Shown piece after piece: positions 1 to 10,218 of a stretch of 64,000 nucleotides of DNA (position 1 is the first letter of the stretch; each line of letters starts with the position of its first letter). The notes below the pieces were generated by a model. It worked only from the letters and a program-made list of their open reading frames with translations, searched no databases and had not been told where the DNA came from. The position numbers and the translations under genes were made by a program. Source of the DNA: an uncultured Gammaproteobacteria bacterium (GTDB lineage Bacteria; Patescibacteriota; Microgenomatia; Levybacterales; UBA12049); the NCBI GenBank assembly GCA_964507055.1, contig CAZDOJ010000001.1, positions 529,313 through 593,312 of the forward strand. The letters are read 5' to 3'.

Positions 1-1049
1 ACAACCTTGCAGAACAATTTAAACATATCCCCCAAATCGCACTATACAGTGATGCACTAGCACTTGCAATTGTCGTAGGTAGCATTACCTATCTTTCTCT
101 TATTATTGGTGAACTTGTGCCAAAAAGAATTGCACTTGCACATCCTGAACGATTTGCGATAATACTCGCTCGCCCAATGAACATTGTTTCAAAAGTTACA
201 GCACCACTTGTAACACTTCTTAGTGTTTCAACAGATCTTATTCTCCGGTTACTTCGGATTAAACCAAGCACTGAACCTTCTGTAAGCGAAGAAGAAGTCC
301 GTATGTTGTTGCGTGAAGGAACACAAGTTGGAGTTTTTGAAGTAGCTGAGAAAGATATTGTAGAAAGAACATTAAGACTTGGTGATAAACGAATTCCAGC
401 ACTTATGACTCCTCGAAAAGAAATTGTTTGGCTAGACATCGATAGCTCAGTGAAATCGATACGAAATATGATCCTTGAATCATCATTAGCATATTATCCA
501 GTTTGCCGAGATAGTTTGGATAAAGTGATTGGCATAGTTCGTTCAGAAGATATTTTAAGAAATTTCCTTTTAGATGAAAAAATCGATCTTAAAAAATTTC
601 TTGTAAAACCAGTTTTTATCCCTGAAAGTATGGATCCTTTACAAGTTCTTGAGTTATTTAAGAAAACTGGTGTCCACACAGCACTTATTATTGATGAATT
701 TGGAAATGTCCAAGGTCTTTTATCTCTTAATGATATCCTCGAAGCAATTGTCGGAGATATCCCTTCTGTAAATGATGACGATGAAGCAGAGATTGTAAAA
801 CGTGATAACAATAGTTGGCTTTTGGACGGTTTGTTATCAATTGATGAATTTAAGGAACACTTTCATATTAAGAAACTTCCAGAAGAAAAAGCTGGAGTAT
901 TTCACACGATTGGTGGATTTGTCATGCATCACCTAGGGAAAATACCAAGTGCTGGTGATACTTTTGAATGGGATAAATTTATATTTGAGATCGTCGATAT
1001 GGATGGAAACAGAGTAGATAAAGTATTACTTACAAAGAAAGCAGAATAA
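1..1049 (+). CDS. HlyC/CorC (CNNM) family transporter, 5' partial. DUF21 TM region runs off the window start. Two CBS domains plus a CorC_HlyC C-terminal domain.
   Basis: Frame is open from position 3 (GELVPKRIALAHPE is DUF21-like). Downstream CBS-pair and transporter-associated domain pattern (IVDEFGNVQGL, ILEAIVGDI). Confidence 0.7.
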   Translation, partial: NLAEQFKHIPQIALYSDALALAIVVGSITYLSLIIGELVPKRIALAHPERFAIILARPMNIVSKVTAPLVTLLSVSTDLILRLLRIKPSTEPSVSEEEVRMLLREGTQVGVFEVAEKDIVERTLRLGDKRIPALMTPRKEIVWLDIDSSVKSIRNMILESSLAYYPVCRDSLDKVIGIVRSEDILRNFLLDEKIDLKKFLVKPVFIPESMDPLQVLELFKKTGVHTALIIDEFGNVQGLLSLNDILEAIVGDIPSVNDDDEAEIVKRDNNSWLLDGLLSIDEFKEHFHIKKLPEEKAGVFHTIGGFVMHHLGKIPSAGDTFEWDKFIFEIVDMDGNRVDKVLLTKKAE

Positions 1050-1814
1050 TTATTTCTTCCTCTTCAACTTTTCCACAAGTTCACGAAATGCGATTGTTTT
1101 CTCCAACACAATGGCTGTTATAAAAACAAAAAATCCAGCAATATATCCAGCAAGCACATCACTCGGATAATGAACTCCTAAATAAATTCTACTCACCCCT
1201 ACTAACAAGGTAAGCAAAACTGCAATGACAATTGCGATGCTACCGAGTAACTTTTTATGCGTAAAATGATATACATAATATGCAAGCACTGAATAAAAGA
1301 TGAAAGCATTCATAGAATGACCAGAAGGGAAACTATATGAATTCATAATCATAAGTGGATCAAAATCTGGTCGTGGACGCTGAAAGATAACTTTAAGAAT
1401 ATTGTTTAATAAAACACCAATAACTAAAACGAGAATAAACAGGATCGCCTCTCTTTTGTGGTCTTTCCAAGCAAGACCCGCAGCAACAACACTCGCAATG
1501 ACAAGGGTAAATTCAGCACCAAGCATTGTGGCAAAGAACATCACCTGATTGAGATCAGGTGAACGAAATGAATAAATATAGTGAGATAAAGAAAGATCAA
1601 TAGCTTGTGTTTCTAATCTTAAAACGTCCTCTGCAATATCAGCAAACAATAATAACGATCCAATACTCAAAATTATTCCGACAATAATTTCAATATAAAT
1701 AACGTGGAGCGATTTACGTTGTGTGAATTTGGTTAATTGTGCTTTCAATGCTTTACTCATCTTTTTATTATATACTACCGTTTGTTGATTTAGAAAAGTA
1801 CTTCTGGTATACAT
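1050..1814 (-). CDS. PAP2 family phosphatase (phosphatidic acid phosphatase type 2 / undecaprenyl-PP phosphatase-like), integral membrane
   Basis: All three PAP2 motifs are present: KVIFQRPRP, PSGHS, SRIYLGVHYPSDV. Multiple TM helices. Confidence 0.8.
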   Translation of the reverse strand: MYTRSTFLNQQTVVYNKKMSKALKAQLTKFTQRKSLHVIYIEIIVGIILSIGSLLLFADIAEDVLRLETQAIDLSLSHYIYSFRSPDLNQVMFFATMLGAEFTLVIASVVAAGLAWKDHKREAILFILVLVIGVLLNNILKVIFQRPRPDFDPLMIMNSYSFPSGHSMNAFIFYSVLAYYVYHFTHKKLLGSIAIVIAVLLTLLVGVSRIYLGVHYPSDVLAGYIAGFFVFITAIVLEKTIAFRELVEKLKRKK

Positions 1815-1840
1815 TAACTATAGATTTGTCCTTTAAAGAC

Positions 1841-3529
1841 ATGAAGAAAAAATCAAACGCTCAACCTTCTCATAATCATCCTCTAGTTCAAAGTGAAGAA
1901 CGATATAAAGCATTCATTTCTCAAAGTACCGAAGGCATATGGAGATGCGAATTAGAAAAACCTCTGTCGATAAAAATATCGATCAAAAAACAACTTGATC
2001 ATATCTTCAAATATGGTTACCTTGCTGAATGTAATGATGCGATGGCAAAGATGTACGGGTTTAAGAAAGCTGAGGAATTAATAGGTGCACGATTGTCGGA
2101 TTTACTTATTCCAACAGAATCTAAAAATATAGAGTATCTCACAGCGTTTATTAAATCGGGCTACAAACTTGGTTACACCGAATCTCATGAACAAGATACA
2201 TTTGGTAATCTCCATATATTTGAAAATAATCTCATCGGGATAATTCAGGATGGTTTTGTACTACGAGCGTGGGGAACCCAACGAGACATTACACAACAAA
2301 AGAAAACACGAGAGCGTCAGGACTTTCTTAATAAAGTAAGTAACAAACTTGTTATGTCTTTAAATCAAGAAGTAACCCTCAAAGAGATTGCACAACTTGT
2401 TGTCCCTTACTTGGCTGACTATTGTAGAATCGCCACAATTGACGAAGATAATATAATCAAAGAACTTACAGTAAATCATAAGGATCCCACAAAAATTAAT
2501 CTTGCTGAAGCCTTATTTGATAATTATAAAAATGATCCTCAAAGAACGTATGGCATTCCAACAATTATAAAAAGTGGGAAACCAGAAATCATTGAAAAAA
2601 TAGATACAAAGATACTAAAAAAATTTCATACCAGCCCTAAGCTTATCGCAATCGTCAAAGAACTCGAACTGAAATCATATATGGGTGTACCGTTGATTGC
2701 GAGAGATAAAGTAATTGGTGCAATGACTTTTTCCTCGGTCAAAGAAAATAGATACTATACCAAAGATGATCTTGCCTTTGCGATGGAGCTTGCAGGAAGA
2801 ATTGCGTTAACGCTGGATAATATACATCTTTTTAAAGAGTCACAGGAAGCAATTTCGCTCCGGGATGAATTTATTTCAGTGGCGTCTCATGAATTAAAAA
2901 CCCCAATAACAAGCATGAAAATCTTTACGCAAATTCTTCAAAAAAATGCAGAATTAGATAAAGATAGTAAAACCTTACCAACCTTAGAGAAAATGGATAG
3001 ACAAATCAATAAGTTAACAGAACTTATTTATAACTTACTCGATATCTCAAAAATACAAGCAGGTCGGCTGGAATATACTATGAAAGATTTTTCTTTTGAC
3101 GAAATGATTAAAGATCTTATTGAGATTCACCAACATATTAGTACAAGACATACACTTGTTCTAAAGAATAATAGAAAACAAACTATTTATGGAGATGAAG
3201 ATCGTCTAAGTCAGGTTGTTTCTAATCTGATTACGAATGCTATTAAATATTCTCCAAACGCTAAATCAATAGAAATAAAAATCACATCTTCCAAAAAGTT
3301 TATAAAAGTCGCGGTAAAAGATTCTGGTATAGGTATGTCAAAAGAACATTTTGATAAAATATTTAATAGGTTTTATCGAGTATCTGATTCTGACGATCAG
3401 ACGTATCCTGGATTAGGGATAGGGTTGTATATCTGTAAAGAAATTATAACAAGGCATCAAGGAAATTTATGGGTAGAAAGTTTTCCAGATAAAGGTTCTA
3501 TTTTCTACTTCACTCTACCCAAATTATGA
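1841..3529 (+). CDS. Sensor histidine kinase with PAS and GAF sensory domains. No response regulator is nearby.
   Basis: H-box SHELKTPIT, N-box NLITNAIKYS, G1 DSGIGM and G2 GLGIGL are all present. ATG 1841 is chosen to avoid the overlap with the PAP2 gene; the ORF track starts at 1739. Confidence 0.8.
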   Translation: MKKKSNAQPSHNHPLVQSEERYKAFISQSTEGIWRCELEKPLSIKISIKKQLDHIFKYGYLAECNDAMAKMYGFKKAEELIGARLSDLLIPTESKNIEYLTAFIKSGYKLGYTESHEQDTFGNLHIFENNLIGIIQDGFVLRAWGTQRDITQQKKTRERQDFLNKVSNKLVMSLNQEVTLKEIAQLVVPYLADYCRIATIDEDNIIKELTVNHKDPTKINLAEALFDNYKNDPQRTYGIPTIIKSGKPEIIEKIDTKILKKFHTSPKLIAIVKELELKSYMGVPLIARDKVIGAMTFSSVKENRYYTKDDLAFAMELAGRIALTLDNIHLFKESQEAISLRDEFISVASHELKTPITSMKIFTQILQKNAELDKDSKTLPTLEKMDRQINKLTELIYNLLDISKIQAGRLEYTMKDFSFDEMIKDLIEIHQHISTRHTLVLKNNRKQTIYGDEDRLSQVVSNLITNAIKYSPNAKSIEIKITSSKKFIKVAVKDSGIGMSKEHFDKIFNRFYRVSDSDDQTYPGLGIGLYICKEIITRHQGNLWVESFPDKGSIFYFTLPKL

Positions 3530-3838
3530 GTTCATCCCCCATTTCTCAAGTGATTTAAAAACACCACTGAGAGATTTGCCTTTTTCCGTTAATGAATACT
3601 CTACGTGTAATGGTACTTCTGCAAAAACTTGTTTATCTATAATGCCTTCTCGTTCAAGTTCTTGTAAACGCTGCGAAAGCGTTTTTGGACTTATACCCGG
3701 AAGTGCTCGTTGTAATTCTCCAAAACGATTCTTCCCTTCAAAAAGATTGTGGAGCAAGAGCATTGTCCATTTACTTCCTATAACTTTTAATGTTTTGGCA
3801 ACAGCACAATGCACTGGATCATGACATGGATCTTTCAT
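3524..3838 (-). CDS. HxlR-family winged-helix transcriptional regulator
   Basis: CxxxxxTLKVIGSKWTMLLLHNLFEGKNRFGELQRALPGISPKTLSQRLQELE is typical HxlR. It is divergent from the LUD gene. Confidence 0.75.
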   Translation of the reverse strand: MKDPCHDPVHCAVAKTLKVIGSKWTMLLLHNLFEGKNRFGELQRALPGISPKTLSQRLQELEREGIIDKQVFAEVPLHVEYSLTEKGKSLSGVFKSLEKWGMNS

Positions 3839-3935
3839 ACTTCATTTTTTGTAACTACTTTACTAAAGAAAGTTACAGTGTTAGTATAACATATATTAGT
3901 TTCTATGCAAACTACTATCGAAGGAGGTGATAATT

Positions 3936-4547
3936 ATGGATTGGAATACAATAGCAGATCAACAAACATTAGAAAAGACAGCTGAAGCATTAAATGCAAA
4001 TGGGGTAAATACTTTGATTGTTTCAAATACAGAAGAAGCAAAGGCGAAAGCTCTAGAACTTCTTCCAAAGGGTGCTGAGGTAATGGTAATGACTTCAGAG
4101 ACACTTCGTACAACCGGTATAGAAAGTGAAATTAATGAATCTGGAAATTATGATTCAGTAAAGTTAGAACTCGCAAAAATGGACCGAGAAACACAAGGAA
4201 GTGAAATGAATAAACTCGGTGCAGCAGCAGACTACTCAATTGGTAGTGTCCATGCAGTCACTGAGGACGGAAAAGTTGTCGTGGCCTCAAATTCAGGCAG
4301 TCAGTTGCCAGGATATGTTTACGGTTCACCTCATGTCATATGGGTGGTCGGAGCACAAAAGATCGTCAAGAATCTTGATGATGCGATGACAAGAATTAAT
4401 GAGCATGTACTTCCTTTGGAAGCAGAACGTGCAAGAAAAGCTTATGGTGTTGCTGGAAGTAATGTCAGTAAACTTTTTATTCTTAATAAAGAAATAAATC
4501 CTCAGAGAATCACAATGATTCTTGTAAAAGAAATCTTAGGATATTAA
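3936..4547 (+). CDS. LUD-domain (DUF162, LutC-like) protein
   Basis: AGGAGG at 3920-3925 lies 10 nt upstream of ATG 3936. The sequence is LUD-like by inspection. The ORF track starts at GTG 3927. Confidence 0.5.
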   Translation: MDWNTIADQQTLEKTAEALNANGVNTLIVSNTEEAKAKALELLPKGAEVMVMTSETLRTTGIESEINESGNYDSVKLELAKMDRETQGSEMNKLGAAADYSIGSVHAVTEDGKVVVASNSGSQLPGYVYGSPHVIWVVGAQKIVKNLDDAMTRINEHVLPLEAERARKAYGVAGSNVSKLFILNKEINPQRITMILVKEILGY

Positions 4548-4563
4548 TCTCATATTACCTATT

Positions 4564-4584
4564 CCCTCTCCTCTATGGAGAGGG
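4564..4584. terminator. GC-rich hairpin (ccctctcc-tctat-ggagaggg) between convergent genes; putative terminator
   Basis: Perfect 8-bp stem with a 5-nt loop. It sits between the LUD gene end and the photolyase end. The U-tract is weak. Confidence 0.35.
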
Positions 4585-4685
4585 TTAGGATGAGATCTCC
4601 ATTTAAAAGTAGGTTCGTGAACACTTTTCGATAAAAGCTCTTTGGGAGGATAAATGCATTCTCAAATTCTTAAGAATTCAATCTT

Positions 4686-6029
4686 TTAGACTTGATTATA
4701 TTTTTCGATGTATTTTTTGACATCAAATTTTGACTTCGCACCGTTATAATTCATATAACGAATTTTTCCAAATATCATTCTTTCAAACCATGCTCTATCA
4801 TGAACACCACCAATACTCCATGCAATGCCTGTGTATCCATTTGAATCTCGTCCGTCTAGAAAATATTTATCATTTAATATTATGGCATTTTTATGTGCTT
4901 CTTCAGGTGTTTTACTCCATTCAAAAATTTTCTTTGCCCAATACATACGCATATATCCATGCATTTTACCTTCCATCACCATTTCCTTTTGTGCTGCATT
5001 CCATAAAGGATCATGTGTATTAGCACGTTCAAGCTGACTCAAAGTATATGTAAATTCTCTTTTATCCTCTTTGTGTTGTTGATGTGTTTGCTTTGCCCAA
5101 TTAGGATATCCTTTTGGCGAATCATAATGCGGATTATAAAAACAGAAATTGTCGGACAATTCTTTGCGTACGATGAGTTCTTCAAGAAATGCTTCTTTTG
5201 ATTTTGAATGATCTTTAACATTTTCTAGTTCTAATGCAATTCTTTGTGAAGCGATTTGTCCAAAATGGATATAGGGACTTAACATCGATTGTGCAGGCTT
5301 TGTAGGATCATTTCTTTCTTCGTCATACTTCGCTAATCGATTCTCAATAAAATCTTGAAGCATATTCTCTGCAGCTTCTTCACCAGGCTTACACCAATCA
5401 ACTACAGGAACTGATGCATCTTTTTCAATAACGTCTGAAACTTTTTTCCAATTTATTTTTTCATTTGGTAGGTTAGATTCTACTTGTTTTTCTAATGTAG
5501 GAAATGCTGTCAGAAATTCCTGAAGATGGAAATGGATTTTGGGACGTAATGTATAAGCACCAAATTCTTGTTTGGGAGAAGCGATCCAACATGGAACGAT
5601 GTTATGTGTATCAACTTCGTAAAACGGTATAGAAATCTTTTGAATAATTTTATCTTTCCATACACGATTATATCGTAATGGATTAAAGTCGCTAAATAAT
5701 GCACCAATTGTATTCTTTGTGATAAACTTTGGAATTTCTTCAACTGGATCTCCAATAAGAAACTTAAAAGGAATATTTTTTGCGGTTAAATGTTTTTCAA
5801 CTTCTTCCAATCCTCCTAACATAAAATCCACCATTCGTTCTGTATTGTTTGGAAATTTTTTTCGGAGACAAAATACTACAGAAACAGAAGTGTTTTTTTC
5901 TTTTGCAAATGCAATGGCATGTAGAAGAGCCCAGTTATCAAACGCTCTCTGATCGCGACTCATCCAGTAGACAACAGGACCAGATTGGTATTCCTTATTA
6001 TCAAGTTCTCGCACCCGCTTTGTATTCAT
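4686..6029 (-). CDS. Deoxyribodipyrimidine photolyase, class II type
   Basis: The N-terminus (VVYWMSRDQRAFDNWALLHA) and the C-terminal FAD-binding region resemble class II CPD photolyases. Confidence 0.7.
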   Translation of the reverse strand: MNTKRVRELDNKEYQSGPVVYWMSRDQRAFDNWALLHAIAFAKEKNTSVSVVFCLRKKFPNNTERMVDFMLGGLEEVEKHLTAKNIPFKFLIGDPVEEIPKFITKNTIGALFSDFNPLRYNRVWKDKIIQKISIPFYEVDTHNIVPCWIASPKQEFGAYTLRPKIHFHLQEFLTAFPTLEKQVESNLPNEKINWKKVSDVIEKDASVPVVDWCKPGEEAAENMLQDFIENRLAKYDEERNDPTKPAQSMLSPYIHFGQIASQRIALELENVKDHSKSKEAFLEELIVRKELSDNFCFYNPHYDSPKGYPNWAKQTHQQHKEDKREFTYTLSQLERANTHDPLWNAAQKEMVMEGKMHGYMRMYWAKKIFEWSKTPEEAHKNAIILNDKYFLDGRDSNGYTGIAWSIGGVHDRAWFERMIFGKIRYMNYNGAKSKFDVKKYIEKYNQV

Positions 6030-6055
6030 GGAATTAAGTATACAATAGGGAGAAA

Positions 6056-6448
6056 TTATTTTTGAAAGAATTTTGTGTGGAGTATCTTGATATATGCTTC
6101 ATCTAATTGCATCTTTTTCAGTTGTGCATCCGAAGGGATGAAACGATACTGATTAATATCCAAAGTAAAATTCTCTAGAATACTTATCCCTTCAGCTGCA
6201 AGTAATTTTCGTTGGACATGTTTATCATTGTATAGGTTTCCATCAATTGATATTCGTCCTGAATTATTGATAACTCTCCACCAAGGTAAATCGACAGTTG
6301 ATTCAATACTTCTTAAAGTCCATCCTACTTGTCTCGCACCACGAGGAACACCAATATATGCTGCAACTTGCCCATAGCTCATTATTTTTCCATATGGAAT
6401 GAGACGAATTACCTCTATAACTTTTTCTTTAAACTCGGACACGTACAA
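6056..6448 (-). CDS. Alkyltransferase-like (Atl) / MGMT-family DNA-binding protein without the active-site Cys
   Basis: IPYGKIMSYGQVAAYIG...PWWRVIN. Trp occupies the place of the Cys in the PCHRV motif. Confidence 0.65.
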   Translation of the reverse strand: MYVSEFKEKVIEVIRLIPYGKIMSYGQVAAYIGVPRGARQVGWTLRSIESTVDLPWWRVINNSGRISIDGNLYNDKHVQRKLLAAEGISILENFTLDINQYRFIPSDAQLKKMQLDEAYIKILHTKFFQK

Positions 6449-6500
6449 ATAGTATCATACTCCCTTGCAATTTCCAGCTCTAAGCGTATAATGTAGGCAC

Positions 6501-7010
6501 ATGGCGAGCTTGGAACGACGGCCATCTGCTCCAACTTCCCCTGACGCATCAGGACGATCTTCTCTTGAAAAGAGTACCCAACCAACGCTTGTGTGGAAAG
6601 TCCCAGGTAGCCATATGATTACTGAGCAAAAAAAGTTTTTCAAAGAACGGGGAATTGATAGAGAACCAAGGCTTATATTTACCTCAACTGAGCCAATAGA
6701 AGCTTATAAATATCGACGTAATTTACTCATTGGTGCGATGTTAAAACTAGCTATTCCCTCTTCAGATTTCGATGATCGTGGATATCCGCGGGTTTATTAT
6801 CATACAACTGATATCCTTACACTTCCCGTGGGGATTGCTGAATTTCCGATAGCTCCTCATGAAGAATCGTATCCATTGAAAAGCCGCTTTATAGTTTTTA
6901 AGAATGGCCTGGGGCCAGAGGAAGATTTTGATGCATATTTCAATCTCATGTTGGATAATGCAAATACGACTCTCACAAAAGAAAGACGAATACCATTTCC
7001 AAAGAAGTAA
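6501..7010 (+). CDS. Hypothetical protein; the real start is possibly ATG ~6612
   Basis: Long ORF with no recognisable motif. Confidence 0.35.
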   Translation: MASLERRPSAPTSPDASGRSSLEKSTQPTLVWKVPGSHMITEQKKFFKERGIDREPRLIFTSTEPIEAYKYRRNLLIGAMLKLAIPSSDFDDRGYPRVYYHTTDILTLPVGIAEFPIAPHEESYPLKSRFIVFKNGLGPEEDFDAYFNLMLDNANTTLTKERRIPFPKK

Positions 7011-8075
7011 TTATCTCCCAAACATTGATAAGAAGAATCTAAGAAGTAAAGCAAAGAGAGCTAATAAGAATCCGATAAAGCCACCTTCACCATCAATTGG
7101 AGGCAATCCTCCACCATTATCAGGATCATCTGGATTGCCAGGATTATTGGGATCGTTTGGGTCCCCTGGAGTTGTTGAGATTGTTCCACCACCAGGATTT
7201 GGATCATTTGGATCTATTGTCCCTGAAAGACCTGGAGAGGGAGTACCACCTCCAGTACCTGGTCCATCGCCACCTGGAACATCAGTAGGCGTTGGTGCTT
7301 GTGTCAGAAATACTGTCGGAGCTAGGACACTCGTAGGGGTCGGTGTCACTGGAAAATTATCTGGAGCTTGTGTAGCAACAGCTGTTGGACACACACTTCC
7401 AAGACACTGTGGACTTGGAACTCCACTCGTAACTCCAGGATTTGATGAACCACTTAAGATAGGAGTTAGAGAGCTATTTGCATTACCAGCAACAGCAATA
7501 GTCCAATACGCTGACTGACCGGACGAGTCTGTTTCAACGGATATGGCTCCAATCGTATAGGAAGCATTTGTTAATATCGCATTATCCGGAGGATCAATCT
7601 GCAAGCCAGCAAGAATTTCATCTGCAGCTGGAGCACCATTTATAATAATTTCATTATAATTATTTGTATTTCGTACACCACAGTCTCCAAAACGTATATC
7701 CATTGAACGTCCAAGTGAATCTATTTTCTGGACGCTCCCTCGAGTAATCATATCGCGTGTCATCCACGACGCTTCTTGATTTAAGCTCTGATCCCAGGTG
7801 AGAGGATCAAGTCCTTTTCCAGCTCTGTATTGATTGATCCGATTAAAAAGATCTTGCTCCAAAGACGAAGTTTGGAGTTGTACAGATGTAACACTACAAT
7901 CACCTGCAGCTTTTGTACGGAGATTTTGAGATTGATTTGCTTGGTAGAGGACAAAGAAGAGTGACAGAACAAGTACTGTCATTGTAACGAGAAGATTAAT
8001 ATTTGGTCTTTTAAAAACTGGTTGCTTTGCAACCTTTTTAGGAGCTGTTTTTTTATTGGTTACTTTTTTAGCCAC
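7011..8075 (-). CDS. Membrane-anchored CAP/SCP (cysteine-rich secretory protein family) domain protein with Pro/Gly-rich tail and C-terminal hydrophobic segment
   Basis: N-terminal TM, then a CAP-like core (LFNRINQYRAGKGLDPLTWDQSLNQEASWMTRDM...). Paralogous to 10219..11433. Confidence 0.55.
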   Translation of the reverse strand: MAKKVTNKKTAPKKVAKQPVFKRPNINLLVTMTVLVLSLFFVLYQANQSQNLRTKAAGDCSVTSVQLQTSSLEQDLFNRINQYRAGKGLDPLTWDQSLNQEASWMTRDMITRGSVQKIDSLGRSMDIRFGDCGVRNTNNYNEIIINGAPAADEILAGLQIDPPDNAILTNASYTIGAISVETDSSGQSAYWTIAVAGNANSSLTPILSGSSNPGVTSGVPSPQCLGSVCPTAVATQAPDNFPVTPTPTSVLAPTVFLTQAPTPTDVPGGDGPGTGGGTPSPGLSGTIDPNDPNPGGGTISTTPGDPNDPNNPGNPDDPDNGGGLPPIDGEGGFIGFLLALFALLLRFFLSMFGR

Positions 8076-8154
8076 ACTCCATTATTGGCTCAGCATTGAA
8101 AAAAATGCAAGCACTAAATAGCAAATAGGATTGTAAAGACAAGTTTAATTACGA

Positions 8155-9894
8155 TTAAGGAGTTGCTGTGAGGTTGGCTGGAAGAGAAAGTAGTTCGAAA
8201 TCATCAGCAGCAAATGCTCGTGCGTCTTGGATAGAGAGTACACCATTCCATGACACACTTTTTCCAGTAAGAACTTCTGCATAGAATGTTGCGACACCTG
8301 ATGTATCAACAACATATGCCCCATATGTTTGGAGTGCTCGTCCAATAACTTTACAATTATTATTTGTTCCACATTTTGCATTGACATCAACAGATGCTTT
8401 CAAACGAAGTCGTGCCCCTTCAGGGATATTTGCTGAAGTATTTCGATTGGCTGCACTTGCATTATCTGAGTGAGTAGCTATATTTTGCGTGATGCCATCT
8501 GTACCAATACCCATTGCGTACGCTTTCCCCCTTGTCCATGGATATGCCATCGCAAGTGCATGCTTAATTTCACCATTCTTCATTTCTTGATATCGGATAC
8601 TTCCTGCAATTGCTGAGCCACCATAAGCTCTCGCACTACCCCTCCACGCTGTTGTTTGGTATCCTAATCCATTTGTGTCTAATTTTGAACCTAACCCTGC
8701 ACTCCAACTGCCATTCGATGCTTTTCGCATATCCCAGAATTCATAGATTGTATTGTTTGGTACATCCCAAATTGAAAGATGATGATCTGTTCCAACTGCT
8801 GTCTTCGCTTGAGCTGGCATTGGTACAGAGGTAAGTCCACCCCACCAGCCAGTGTTATCCCCGACATTTACTCGTGGCGTACTTGCATCTGCGTAATATA
8901 ATGGGATGCCATAGTCAGGATATGACGCAGTCCCTGCAATATCAAAACCGACCCCTCGCTGATTGAAAGCATATTTCAAACTTCCCACATTTGTACTTGA
9001 TATCATTGTCGCTGATTGTGGAGCTACAGAACCTGTTGCTGGGACATTCCATGCAGATGTTGGACTAAATAATGCACATGGATAGGTATTTGCATTCATA
9101 GAATCTGCTGATGGAATAACCCCACAACCTGTAGGCATTGGTGACGGCGTCGCAGTAGGAGTCGGTGTCACAATTGTTGTAGGAGTAGGTGTTGGTGTGA
9201 CTGTCGGAGTTACACTTGGAATATCCGTAGGTATTGGTGTTGCGGTTGGCACAAGCGTTGGTGATGGCGTTGGCGTCGCAGTAGGAATGAGTGTTGGGAT
9301 AGCAGTTGGAGGAATCAGCGTAGGTGTTGGCGTTATCCCATTATCAAGCACAAGACTTATATCATCAATTTGCATCTTATTTCCTGAAACAGCATTATTT
9401 TGTACTATATAAATTTCTAATCCAGTTCTTCCTGCGTCCATAACTGCAGAGACAGAAACTTGCTGCCAGGTAGTGCTTAGTGAAACTGTTGAGCCCATGG
9501 TTGTCTTTTGTGCTTTTGAACCACCTGATTGACGAAGGACTACTTGTGCTGTCTTACCTGTAGCATTTGATGTCCTCACCCAAGCTGTACCCACATACTT
9601 TGCTCCAGAAGTTGGATTAGAAACAGTTGCAGGATTATCATCCATTGTGTATGCACTGCCACTTGTCCTTGTAGCCTCACATGAAGCCGCACCAGTACGT
9701 GCTATTGAAGTATTTCGAGAAAGTGATCCTTGCCAACCGACCCAGTTAGTTGTGTTTGTGTCACAACCTGGATTTTTAACAAGATTGGGACCAGCTGCTG
9801 AAGAAGTTATAGGAAAAAGAACTGTTAAAAAAAGGACAAGCATGCCAGTAAAGACAAGTTGTATTGGTTTAATATTTTTGAAATTTATCCTCAT
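8155..9894 (-). CDS. Secreted multidomain protein: N-terminal carbohydrate-binding-module-like domain, Pro/Thr linker, C-terminal domain of unknown function
   Basis: Signal peptide. CBM4/9-like segment (NWVGWQGS...EIYIVQNN...QIDDISL). About 60-aa PT-rich linker. Roughly 330-aa C-terminal domain with no recognisable motif. Confidence 0.5.
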   Translation of the reverse strand: MRINFKNIKPIQLVFTGMLVLFLTVLFPITSSAAGPNLVKNPGCDTNTTNWVGWQGSLSRNTSIARTGAASCEATRTSGSAYTMDDNPATVSNPTSGAKYVGTAWVRTSNATGKTAQVVLRQSGGSKAQKTTMGSTVSLSTTWQQVSVSAVMDAGRTGLEIYIVQNNAVSGNKMQIDDISLVLDNGITPTPTLIPPTAIPTLIPTATPTPSPTLVPTATPIPTDIPSVTPTVTPTPTPTTIVTPTPTATPSPMPTGCGVIPSADSMNANTYPCALFSPTSAWNVPATGSVAPQSATMISSTNVGSLKYAFNQRGVGFDIAGTASYPDYGIPLYYADASTPRVNVGDNTGWWGGLTSVPMPAQAKTAVGTDHHLSIWDVPNNTIYEFWDMRKASNGSWSAGLGSKLDTNGLGYQTTAWRGSARAYGGSAIAGSIRYQEMKNGEIKHALAMAYPWTRGKAYAMGIGTDGITQNIATHSDNASAANRNTSANIPEGARLRLKASVDVNAKCGTNNNCKVIGRALQTYGAYVVDTSGVATFYAEVLTGKSVSWNGVLSIQDARAFAADDFELLSLPANLTATP

Positions 9895-10020
9895 TTAGTT
9901 TTATTGCAAAACTCACGCCTAAGACCTTATATCAAATACTATATTAGTCTGTCAAGATAAAACTTTATAGCTCCACAGCTAAAATAGTTTACAGGATGGG
10001 GAATCAAGAAGATAAAACTG

Positions 10021-10094
10021 GGTGAGCCCCTCGAGATTCGAACTCGAAACCAATACCTTAAGAGGGTACTGCTCTACCGTTGAGCTAGAGGCCC
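10021..10094 (-). tRNA. tRNA-Lys (anticodon CTT)
   Basis: Cloverleaf folded by hand: acceptor GGGCCTC/GGGGCTC (two G-U pairs), D-arm GCTC/GAGC, anticodon loop CTCTTAA, T-loop TTCGAAT, discriminator A. Confidence 0.8.
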
Positions 10095-10218
10095 AGTTGG
10101 ATCAGAACTTATTTTACCAAATTCTGCCTCAAACATCCACTTACACTTCAAATTACTCTCAAACCTACAATTATCTTGCTTCTCTTCTATAAAACATATA
10201 CTATAAAATTACGGCTTA

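Noticed and set aside
4665-4678. Perfect 14-bp palindrome aattcttaagaatt just downstream of the photolyase stop
   Set aside because: It is too short and AT-rich to be a convincing terminator stem by itself, and is likely a chance palindrome in AT-rich DNA.
4730-6037. Multiple short plus-strand ORFs (4730..5023, 4825..5037, 5013..5201, 5719..5952, 5849..6037) inside the photolyase gene
   Set aside because: They are antisense to a well-supported 447-aa gene, low-complexity, and show no motifs. They are typical AT-rich spurious frames.
6904-7518. 204-aa plus-strand Pro/Gly-rich ORF
   Set aside because: It is the reverse-complement shadow of the Pro/Gly-rich tail of the minus-strand CAP protein (7011..8075), which has a coherent domain structure.
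9170-9350. Highly repetitive GT-rich DNA (ggtgttggcg.. units) that looked like a possible repeat array
   Set aside because: It lies inside the CBM protein and encodes its Pro/Thr linker on the minus strand. The spacing is irregular and it has no spacer/repeat structure, so it is not CRISPR.
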